Positions 55,655 through 63,240 of a stretch of DNA of 63,240 bases are shown piece by piece. This DNA is from a virus (taxonomy: Duplodnaviria; Caudoviricetes): positions 1 through 63,240 of the IMG/VR virus record IMGVR_UViG_3300044580_000304. One strand, given 5' to 3'. Numbering within the stretch: position 1 is the first letter of the stretch; each line of letters begins with the position of its first letter. The translations under genes were made by a program, and so were the position numbers. The notes under the pieces were generated by a model. It worked only from the letters and a program-made list of their open reading frames with translations, did no database searches and was not told where the DNA came from.

Positions 55655-56943
55655 TCTGCCTCCCCAATGATGCCCCGATATATCTCATTTATCCTGTCGA
55701 GATAGCCTGGCGTACTATCATCTGGATTTGCGATTCCTTGGGCTACAAATTCAGCCCTCGCCTGCTCAACTGCCTTCCCCCAAGCCCTCTGCTTGCCTGC
55801 AAGCTTTGCCATGGCGGCATCATACATGCTGGTAGTCTTTTCTGCTGGCGGATACCATCGAGCCCATGAGCCTCTACAATAACAATGCTGAACCCCCGCT
55901 GCCACCCAGTCGTCATTCGCCTTTCTTCCTACTCTTGTCTTTCCGTCCCATATTGCAACCTTCGCATAGGGATCATCAATGTGTTCGTCCATAAGCGCCA
56001 CATCAGACCATAGAGCAATGAGCATATTGATCTTTTGACAATGTTTGCATGTTGCATCGTCGAGGACCTCGTATCGCTGGAAATAAACCTTTTCCCCTGG
56101 CTCTGCATTTGACTTTTGTGAAAGCAAAAAGCCCATATTGAGGTTGTCGCCTACTTCTGTTTCGACAATCCTCTGCCAATCTCGATTAAGGCTCCCCAAT
56201 TGATCGAAAAGATCCTGCGCTATCTCACCTTTTGATTTTCGCTCCTTTATCCCATTGACAATAACCTGGCGTACCGCATTCTTGCTTTTGTCGGTCATAG
56301 CACGCACATATTGTGCAGCACTATCCTTTGCGACATGCAGTCTCGATAAATCATACTCATCGAGCCCAAATGTTCGTGCAGCGTTTTTCTCGTCAGCAGT
56401 AAGCCAATCCCAAGCATGCCTTTTATACTTGATTTCATTGAGCTTCATCTTCTGGATTGCTTCCCACGTGTTATATTTGAGCATTCTGTCGAGCAGTCTA
56501 CCTAAGTTCGACGCTTCGAGGACGATTTTCTTCTCTGGCTCTTGCATTTTTCTATTCAGGAATTTTTCTATCGAATCAATAAGCTCACGCCATTGCTTCT
56601 GTGTAATAGGCTTGCCTGTCTCTGGCGAATAAAGCACCTTGCCCTTATAGATGAGCGGGCCTGTGTCTGTGGCCTTTGAAAAGGTCGAGACGACTGGCAG
56701 GTCAAGTGCATGGCAAAGCGTGCGATAGATACGATCAAGAACACCTGCATAAAAGTAAACCCACTTTTGCACAAGTTCTTTATAGGCTTGATACGGGTAT
56801 TTTTCCTGATGGTCTTCGCCTATCTTAGGCCTTACAAGGATAGGCACCTTCATAGCCTTCGCAAGCGCCGAGACTGCACTGAGATACTTCTGCCTTCGGT
56901 TATCTTCGCGTATATCCGTTACCGTCAATTTTATCTCGCCCAT
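55651..56943 (-). CDS. MuF/gp7-like minor head protein
   Basis: After the portal; RDWQRIVETE, CKHC, H.YCRG.W. Confidence 0.78.
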   Translation of the reverse strand: MGEIKLTVTDIREDNRRQKYLSAVSALAKAMKVPILVRPKIGEDHQEKYPYQAYKELVQKWVYFYAGVLDRIYRTLCHALDLPVVSTFSKATDTGPLIYKGKVLYSPETGKPITQKQWRELIDSIEKFLNRKMQEPEKKIVLEASNLGRLLDRMLKYNTWEAIQKMKLNEIKYKRHAWDWLTADEKNAARTFGLDEYDLSRLHVAKDSAAQYVRAMTDKSKNAVRQVIVNGIKERKSKGEIAQDLFDQLGSLNRDWQRIVETEVGDNLNMGFLLSQKSNAEPGEKVYFQRYEVLDDATCKHCQKINMLIALWSDVALMDEHIDDPYAKVAIWDGKTRVGRKANDDWVAAGVQHCYCRGSWARWYPPAEKTTSMYDAAMAKLAGKQRAWGKAVEQARAEFVAQGIANPDDSTPGYLDRINEIYRGIIGEAD

Positions 56944-56978
56944 CGGTCAACCTATCCTATTCTCTAAACGTGTACTTA

Positions 56979-58484
56979 TTAAACGACGATCTCAATTGGA
57001 CTCTCGCCTAGTGACTTAGTTACCTGCTGGCTCTGCTCAGTTGCACTTTCTTGTGGCTCTGAAAATCCCTGCTCGCCGTAGTCCTTCGGCGCCTGCTGCT
57101 GCAACATTCCCAGCATACCCATCTGGCCTTGAACCATCTGCACGACGTATGGATTAAGCGGAATTTTCGACCATGTTTCGCCGAACGGTTTCTCACCGTC
57201 TTCGATCCTTAACTCGTCGATGCTTTTTGACGTTCGCAGCTCGCTCTCGCGTATTTGCATCTTCTGCATTGGGTCATCTTTTTCATATCCCACAAACTCA
57301 ATCTGATATCGCGGATCCACCTGGTCGAGGATTTTCTGCAAGTGTCCTTGTAAAAAGCCGAGCATAAATCCGAGGCCCCGCGACCTCGAGGCTTCGAGCC
57401 TTGGTGCAGTATTCTGTCCGATGATCGCTGTAGACTTCGAGGTCCGTATGCCCATCTCTTCAAGGTCTACACCGAATATAGCGGTAATGCTCGACCATAG
57501 GAATTCTGTCCATTGTGAAAACTCCATGTCCTTGTTGGAGCCTTGTAAAGAGACCCACTCGAATTTTCTACTCTCATTGCTTTCAGAGGTCGGGTTCCTA
57601 CCAGCGGGGATGATTGGTATGTGCCATTTTGCCACAGGACCGCCAGACATGATGTCGATCAAATAGTCTTCTATCATCTCCACCTCTTCGGTATCGGCAT
57701 CACCCTGGAGGAGTAACATTCCCCTCGGCAACTTGTCCTCCGTAAAGAATCCCATATTGTACATATATGAATTGATAAGGCCTGTAACCAAGTCTACTGC
57801 TTGCTCAACCATCGAGTAGCCATAACCTGCGTGGTCGATGTCGGTTCTTGGATTCATAAACTCAAAGATAAGGTCGTTGCGTGTATAGAGCGCCGTGGTG
57901 GCCATATCGACTTCCTGGATGAACTTTATTTCATCATTGCCGTTATAGCCTTCCTCCGCGGTTCTCACAATCGTTGCACCATCCACCGCCCAGAATGCAT
58001 ACACCTTTTTGACGGCCGTTCTCTGGATCTCCGTTGCTACCTGGTCGAGCGTAAGTGCATCGCGAACAATCTTACTGCAATACTGTCCTAGATCATCTTC
58101 TCTATCAGGGTCGGCTCCAAAACCAGTCTTCGCAAAGAACTGCTCATACACCTTGGCGAGCTTTTTTTCATTCGCCGTCATCTCATGATCGGGGTCCTTG
58201 AACGTGACGTGATAGCCTCGAATGTTTCTGTCGGTTGATGGCTTGAGATAGGGGCGGATATTGCGGATATAGTGCGCAATGATCGCGTTAATAATCCACG
58301 CCCGCTCCGCAACGGTTCTAAGAATGCGATAAGAGATGCCCTTATTTGCTTCGAGAACCGCTCTCGAGCTACGGTACATATACCGCGTCATCGGGTTTAC
58401 GAACGTCGATTTAAGCGGCTCACCATCCTTTGAGGGTTTTACAACATGCGCACGCTGTAACATGTCTGATATATTGTACGTCAT
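56979..58484 (-). CDS. Portal protein
   Basis: VRD.LTLDQ, AVDGATI, NPRTD..GYGYS..E, F.....PRG.L, DMEF..W. Confidence 0.92.
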   Translation of the reverse strand: MTYNISDMLQRAHVVKPSKDGEPLKSTFVNPMTRYMYRSSRAVLEANKGISYRILRTVAERAWIINAIIAHYIRNIRPYLKPSTDRNIRGYHVTFKDPDHEMTANEKKLAKVYEQFFAKTGFGADPDREDDLGQYCSKIVRDALTLDQVATEIQRTAVKKVYAFWAVDGATIVRTAEEGYNGNDEIKFIQEVDMATTALYTRNDLIFEFMNPRTDIDHAGYGYSMVEQAVDLVTGLINSYMYNMGFFTEDKLPRGMLLLQGDADTEEVEMIEDYLIDIMSGGPVAKWHIPIIPAGRNPTSESNESRKFEWVSLQGSNKDMEFSQWTEFLWSSITAIFGVDLEEMGIRTSKSTAIIGQNTAPRLEASRSRGLGFMLGFLQGHLQKILDQVDPRYQIEFVGYEKDDPMQKMQIRESELRTSKSIDELRIEDGEKPFGETWSKIPLNPYVVQMVQGQMGMLGMLQQQAPKDYGEQGFSEPQESATEQSQQVTKSLGESPIEIVV

Positions 58485-60121
58485 AAGCCTCGTCTCCTAC
58501 TCATTGCCGAAAGCACGGATGAAGCGGTTCTCGCTCGCTGCACTGGTTTTTTCTCGCTCTTGCCTTTTTCTTTCATGTATTGCCAGTAGAACCCGCTACT
58601 GCCTTCATCACCATTACCCACCGCGTGGATCGCTAACGCAAGCGCCCAAAACTTATCCGCGTGATTGTTTTGATTTGCATCGCAATCAAAGCGTGCGTTC
58701 TTCGCCGCAGTAATTGTCTTTTTAATTGAGTGAATCTGCTGCTGTAGCTCTCTATCTGGAGGCAACACGATCTTCTGTTTATCAAAGACAAGCCAGGTAT
58801 CGTTTGCAAGCTCTTCCTTCACAGGGTTGGTAAACGTCACTGCTTCCACTTTTCGGGGGAAATAGCTTTTAAGATTTTCAGCAAGGTTCATGCCAAGGCC
58901 AGTCGCATCTATTGCAAAACGATAGATGGGCAGCTCCTTCATAAACCTGATAAGGTTCGCTTCTTGCTCTCTAAAACTCACTTTCTTGAACGATATCGAC
59001 GCAACCACTTGCCTTAAGTCCTTGTCTGGCAGATAACCTATCACCACAAGTTCACTTGCATCGTTCGTCCTGCCTACATCGTAGCCAGCATAAAGGTACC
59101 CATGTTTTTCTTGCTGATAGCCAAGGATAAGATCGTCAACGCTCTTAAATTCCTCTATCTCGTCCGAAGTCTCGGGATTATCGTCATCTCCCGCGAGCGG
59201 TGTGCATTTTTGAATCATCTCGAGCGTAATAAACGCGGCAAGCTCATCACGGAATGAACACTCATACTCCTGCTGGAAGTCCTCGAGCGACGTGTTTTCA
59301 AATATATCTCTGATAATCTCCGTTGCATATTTCTCAACCAGTTCTCGCGTGCCTAAATTATGTGCGTCTTGAATGGCAGCCTTGACGTTCGTACAAAGAT
59401 AGGGCGACATATACCAGTATAGCTCTATCCGCTTAAAGTCAGGAAAACGCCCCTTATCGGTCATAATCTCGTAGAATTTTCCCTTGTTTCCAAACGGCGT
59501 AGAGCCTATTTCAAGGTTGCCACCTCGGGAAATGATCGGCAGAGCAGCAGTGTAGATACTATAGTCGTTCGCATGGAACGCAAATTCATCAAGCGATATG
59601 TCGCCACCCTTACCTCGCGGCGCCTTACAAGGCCAAGATATCAGCCTTGAGCGGCTCCTGCCGTTTTTGTCTTCCCACTCAAGTGCCGTCTTCGAGTCGG
59701 ACACGAGCCGTTTTTGCCCCATACCTTCGGGTATTGACAAGAAAAAGGCTCTCGCTATCGCAATTTTCTCTTTTGCATCTTCCATCGAATAGGAAACGAA
59801 TTGCTTCGTATAGTTATACTTCGCAGGATCAATCGCATTAAGCACTCCATTAAGTGCTGTCAAAAATGACCATCCCACACGTCGAGACTTATTCGCAATA
59901 AGGAAACGAAAAGTATGCCGCAGATACCATTCCTGCCACCAGTCGAGTTTGAATATCTCCCCCTCGTCATAGTTCATAATGCCTGTGCAGATAAGCACCT
60001 TGTCAGCACCACTCCATCCACCTGTCTTTAGTAGATCCAACAGGCGACCAAACTCTGGCGATATTGCAGTTTTTATTATGCTACTTCTGCCCGCCATCTT
60101 CCTGCTCCTTAGGCTTCTCAT
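58481..60121 (-). CDS. terL: Terminase large subunit
   Basis: NKSRRVGWS, LDEFAF, STPFG, FQQEYEC.F, GYDVGR..D, IDATG.G, HAD.FWALALA. Confidence 0.95.
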   Translation of the reverse strand: MRSLRSRKMAGRSSIIKTAISPEFGRLLDLLKTGGWSGADKVLICTGIMNYDEGEIFKLDWWQEWYLRHTFRFLIANKSRRVGWSFLTALNGVLNAIDPAKYNYTKQFVSYSMEDAKEKIAIARAFFLSIPEGMGQKRLVSDSKTALEWEDKNGRSRSRLISWPCKAPRGKGGDISLDEFAFHANDYSIYTAALPIISRGGNLEIGSTPFGNKGKFYEIMTDKGRFPDFKRIELYWYMSPYLCTNVKAAIQDAHNLGTRELVEKYATEIIRDIFENTSLEDFQQEYECSFRDELAAFITLEMIQKCTPLAGDDDNPETSDEIEEFKSVDDLILGYQQEKHGYLYAGYDVGRTNDASELVVIGYLPDKDLRQVVASISFKKVSFREQEANLIRFMKELPIYRFAIDATGLGMNLAENLKSYFPRKVEAVTFTNPVKEELANDTWLVFDKQKIVLPPDRELQQQIHSIKKTITAAKNARFDCDANQNNHADKFWALALAIHAVGNGDEGSSGFYWQYMKEKGKSEKKPVQRARTASSVLSAMSRRRGL

Positions 60122-60671
60122 CCTCTACGATTGCCCACTGTACATCTTCCGTGATCTCTTTATTAGCCTCGCTTTTCCTTTTCCCAATTACAATCCGTTT
60201 TTCGACCATCATGAGCAGTTCGTCGATATTCTCGACGCTATCGGCAAGACTCTTTCTAAGGTCTATTTCCTTTTGCTTGAGCTGAATCATCTCAAGATTC
60301 TTAAGGTCCTCCGCAGCATACCGAAGGGCGTCATTGATCACCTTGCCATCGCCGACATACTTCCCGTCTTTACTCCTTCGTTCCCTCTCGCGCTCGATAT
60401 TTTCCTGATAAAGCCTCAATCGGTACTCAGGCCTCGCTAAAGGCTCTGTCGCATATGCACTATTAAGAATCTCTTCACGCTTTGGCACGATTTTGTCTTT
60501 ATATTTGACGCGATAGTTGCGCACTATACTTTGGCTTAATTCTACTCCACAAGTATCTTTGATATATTGCGCAATCTGCCCAGAAGTCTTTCCTTCAATG
60601 GCTTTTTCGATGATGATCTTTTTTATCTCTGTCGTCACTTTCTTTCTATCCAACATAAGCGTCTCTGGCAT
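60081..60671 (-). CDS. Terminase small subunit (putative)
   Basis: N-terminal HTH; directly upstream of terL. Confidence 0.65.
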   Translation of the reverse strand: MPETLMLDRKKVTTEIKKIIIEKAIEGKTSGQIAQYIKDTCGVELSQSIVRNYRVKYKDKIVPKREEILNSAYATEPLARPEYRLRLYQENIERERERRSKDGKYVGDGKVINDALRYAAEDLKNLEMIQLKQKEIDLRKSLADSVENIDELLMMVEKRIVIGKRKSEANKEITEDVQWAIVEDEKPKEQEDGGQK

Positions 60672-60816
60672 TATTTTTACGGCCCTCGCGCGTGCGATTT
60701 TCGACTAAAAGTGACGACAACACAGTTTACTCTCTTCACATATCTATTTTTCTGCATATTTCATGCATTCCTATTAATCTCAATAAAACTCTCATATACA
60801 CTTCTCCTATTCGGCA

Positions 60817-61077
60817 TTATGCACCTTCGACTTCTTTTTCTCCCTCATTTATATGAGACTCTTCGTTAGTAGCTATCCTTTTTTTAGGAATCACAAGCAC
60901 TCGGCGAGGCTTTATCCCGCTATAAGACTCGACAATTTCGCGCGTATTATACTCCAATTGGTCTTTTACGAGCGTAATTTCTCCATCTTTGAAAAAGAAT
61001 GTGACGCTCCCATAGACGTGCTGCCTACAGAGATCGTCAAGATAGCTGTGGATTTCCTGTCGTGCCGATTCCGCCAT
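60817..61077 (-). CDS. Small hypothetical protein (YezD/DUF2292-like)
   Basis: YGSVTFFFKDGEIT. Confidence 0.55.
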   Translation of the reverse strand: MAESARQEIHSYLDDLCRQHVYGSVTFFFKDGEITLVKDQLEYNTREIVESYSGIKPRRVLVIPKKRIATNEESHINEGEKEVEGA

Positions 61078-61252
61078 TTGGACTCCCCGGGCATATATGA
61101 GGCCTATGCCCGTACACTTTCCTGCCGCTTACCGTGACGATATCCACCTCCTCGCGCTCAACCATCATTGGACCTTTGGCTGTCGCAATCCATAGAATCG
61201 GAGCGCCACAATGAGGACACTTCGCGGTTATGCTCGAGTCACGACCCTCCAT
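61037..61252 (-). CDS. Zn-finger hypothetical protein
   Basis: CPHCGAPILWI.T.KG...H..C. Confidence 0.6.
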   Translation of the reverse strand: MEGRDSSITAKCPHCGAPILWIATAKGPMMVEREEVDIVTVSGRKVYGHRPHICPGSPNGGIGTTGNPQLS

Positions 61253-61823
61253 GACTTGTACCTCCGCCTATGAGCTGGTTTCTCTGCTTGCGCTGTCGTC
61301 CTACTCCGACTTCTCGGAAGTCTACCTCGGGGTACTTCGCAAGAAAGAGCTTCTTTTTGAGCCTATATATCTCTGTCTTATATCCTTTTACATCCTCAAC
61401 GACAGTATGTCCTAGTTCAACATCAAAGTAGCTAAAATCTGCTTTATAGGATATTTTTTGAATCTTCCCGAACGTTTTGTGTATGAATACTTCCTGAATA
61501 ACAAAAGAAGGCTGGCACTGAAGTTCACGAATCTTCCCCGCCATTTCAAGCATTTTCAGCTCTTTATATCGATTCATCTCCGCCTTTGAGGCAAACGTTA
61601 TGCCGTCGCAGGTTCTCTCTTCTTTTTGCGATACCTTTATTCTATTCTTGCTTTTTTGTGTAGTCTCTGCGGCAACTATCGCTCGATTGAGGGCTTGGAA
61701 TTTTTGTCTTATTTCGGGATCTCTTAAGTCGGTATAAAGCATAAGGCTGTCTCGGGCGGTGTAAAGTTTCTTTAACGCCCACCCAAGGTATGGATTATCT
61801 TGCAGGTATTCAGCTCGGTACAT
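61239..61823 (-). CDS. DUF1064 family PD-(D/E)xK nuclease
   Basis: DGITFASK.E..RY, YKADF.Y, VEDVKG. Confidence 0.85.
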   Translation of the reverse strand: MYRAEYLQDNPYLGWALKKLYTARDSLMLYTDLRDPEIRQKFQALNRAIVAAETTQKSKNRIKVSQKEERTCDGITFASKAEMNRYKELKMLEMAGKIRELQCQPSFVIQEVFIHKTFGKIQKISYKADFSYFDVELGHTVVEDVKGYKTEIYRLKKKLFLAKYPEVDFREVGVGRQRKQRNQLIGGGTSHGGS

Positions 61824-61950
61824 TACTCACCTTATCGAATATCCATTTACCCGATAGCCTCTCCTTTATTGTCATCCGAACGTTCGGATAGACTTTGCAA
61901 TATGTATTATAATCTATTATTAGCAAGAAATAAAGAGTACAAACTGAAAT

Positions 61951-62295
61951 TCATACTCCTTCTTTATCTCCTTCTGCTTTCTCTTTTGCATTTTTCTCAT
62001 ATTCGGCAACCGCCCTGCGGACAGCTTCTGCTATTGTGACTCTTAGTTCTGGAGTAATTTCAAATTCATTCTGCTCTTTTATCTCGAATCGATCGCTTGG
62101 ACAATAGCAATAATTCCCGCAGGAATCCATAAAGATAAGCTCGCCATCTTCGGTAAGTGCGAAACCCAGCAGGTTGGTATAGCATAGTCCATAGGCCCAG
62201 TCTTCATGTTGCGCAATATTTCGCATATCTGGCGCCCTGCCTGTTTTCTTATCAATTACCGAAAAACCTTTCCCAATTTGTATAGATAAACTCAT
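61951..62295 (-). CDS. Hypothetical protein
   Basis: Clean ORF; WA.GL.Y...GF...DG.L...D.CG. Confidence 0.65.
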   Translation of the reverse strand: MSLSIQIGKGFSVIDKKTGRAPDMRNIAQHEDWAYGLCYTNLLGFALTEDGELIFMDSCGNYCYCPSDRFEIKEQNEFEITPELRVTIAEAVRRAVAEYEKNAKEKAEGDKEGV

Positions 62296-62366
62296 TAACG
62301 AAGACCTCTTTCAAATCAATTTTTGCTTCGCACTACTTCCATCGACCATCTCGACCATGACCTTCT

Positions 62367-62684
62367 TCATGCCCTTGCTCCTTCCAGCATTGTTTCTTTT
62401 GTTGCTACCGCCTCGCTTTCTGGCTCAATACGCTCGAACCTTGTTTCTGCATATCCCATTTCGATACCAAAGACTGGATGAATAGGATTCGAGACTCCCC
62501 ACAGTCGTACTTGGAACCGCGCATGTTTGTGAATATTCTTGTCGTAGTTACCATCCTGAGCAGGTATGGGATCTACAGCGCGAATTACATAGGCATGCCC
62601 AGCCTGAATTGGCGTCCATGGAGGAGAAGGGATATCAGCCGCATCAATACACACAACTGCATCACCTGGTACAAACATACTCAT
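62367..62684 (-). CDS. Hypothetical protein
   Basis: F.PGD.VVCID...RF. Confidence 0.65.
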   Translation of the reverse strand: MSMFVPGDAVVCIDAADIPSPPWTPIQAGHAYVIRAVDPIPAQDGNYDKNIHKHARFQVRLWGVSNPIHPVFGIEMGYAETRFERIEPESEAVATKETMLEGARA

Positions 62685-62786
62685 AAATTTTCCACCTTTG
62701 CATCTGCATTCTCAATGCATGCTAAACAGAACAACTCCAAAAATAAATCCAACACTAAAAATAAGAATTATTATTAACATAATTCT

Positions 62787-62978
62787 TCACACTGCTCTTT
62801 CCTTTCGGCCTAATTCATTCGTAATTTCCATGCCACCAGCAAGATACAATGGCTTATATGCCTCTGGGCCGAAACCCATATGGTCATAAATAAGATGCCT
62901 GAACGAACCATCCTCTTTCCCATTCTCGACAATATTCCTAAAAACCCATGCAACCTGTTCAATCGTTGGTTTTTCCAT
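62787..62978 (-). CDS. Hypothetical protein
   Basis: Start placed at MEKPT behind AGGAG; GSFRHLIYD.MGF...Y..LY.AG. Confidence 0.6.
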   Translation of the reverse strand: MEKPTIEQVAWVFRNIVENGKEDGSFRHLIYDHMGFGPEAYKPLYLAGGMEITNELGRKERAV

Positions 62979-63130
62979 TCTTATTTCTCCTTTTGTTAAT
63001 TCCCCACTCATCAAATAGTTTCGGTTTTTATTTCTTTGCTGTGGGCACAGTGAATGCAATTGGAAATAACCCTTGACACATTACCATTCACTATTCTTTC
63101 ACTCATTTGATATACCCTTTATTCTCTTAT

Positions 63131-63220
63131 CTAAAGATTGCATAATCTTTTCAGCAAACACATTAGTAGTTTTGCAGTTATATTACCTTTCCCGCCAAAC
63201 CATACTATTGGAGATCGCAT
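63131..63220 (-). pseudogene. Truncated Dam-like DNA adenine methylase remnant
   Basis: AGGAG then MRSPIVWFGGKGNITAKLL, stop after 29 codons. Confidence 0.55.
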
Positions 63221-63240
63221 ACAAGCTCCTGTAATAACTC
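63186..63240. repeat. 55-bp terminal direct repeat (copy 2)
   Basis: Identical to 1-55. Confidence 0.95.

Noticed and set aside
57083-57091. Self-target of spacer ccttcggcg (likewise tggtaaata at 53122)
   Set aside because: The adjacent sequence does not match the paired spacer B; isolated 9-mers are expected by chance in 63 kb

Overview
The window looks like a complete, circularly assembled genome of a temperate myovirus-type phage of about 63.2 kb (bases 1-55 are identical to 63186-63240). Almost all genes are on the minus strand. It carries: early replication/recombination genes (DnaC-like loader, initiator, RecT, YqaJ, DEDD exonuclease, SMC-like ATPase); a CI/Cro-type switch with three operators; a tyrosine integrase beside an intact attP-like 3' half of tRNA-Lys(UUU); a lysis cassette; a complete diversity-generating retroelement (target/VR, avd, TR, RT); contractile tail and head modules; and a block of very large polyvalent head-associated proteins (SF2 helicase, zincin/LPD1-like, RelA/SpoT + JAB). 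The most unusual signals are: (i) a 5-unit, 36-bp dual-repeat array with TIGR architecture and no recognisable tas gene, followed by a tRNA-like RNA showing an anti-Shine-Dalgarno loop; (ii) a small antisense gene with its own promoter and RBS hidden right behind the RelA/SpoT domain (candidate immunity gene); (iii) two nearly fully overlapping coiled-coil membrane genes sharing one RBS at the spanin position; (iv) a duplicated promoter/19-nt box/terminator element before the capsid and lysis operons; (v) a repeated K(A/S)...WVxP module in front of each cargo domain; (vi) a candidate UCC_UUU_CGU +1 frameshift in the tail chaperone. The host is tentatively a spirochaete (weak inference). All assignments were made by eye; no searches were run.
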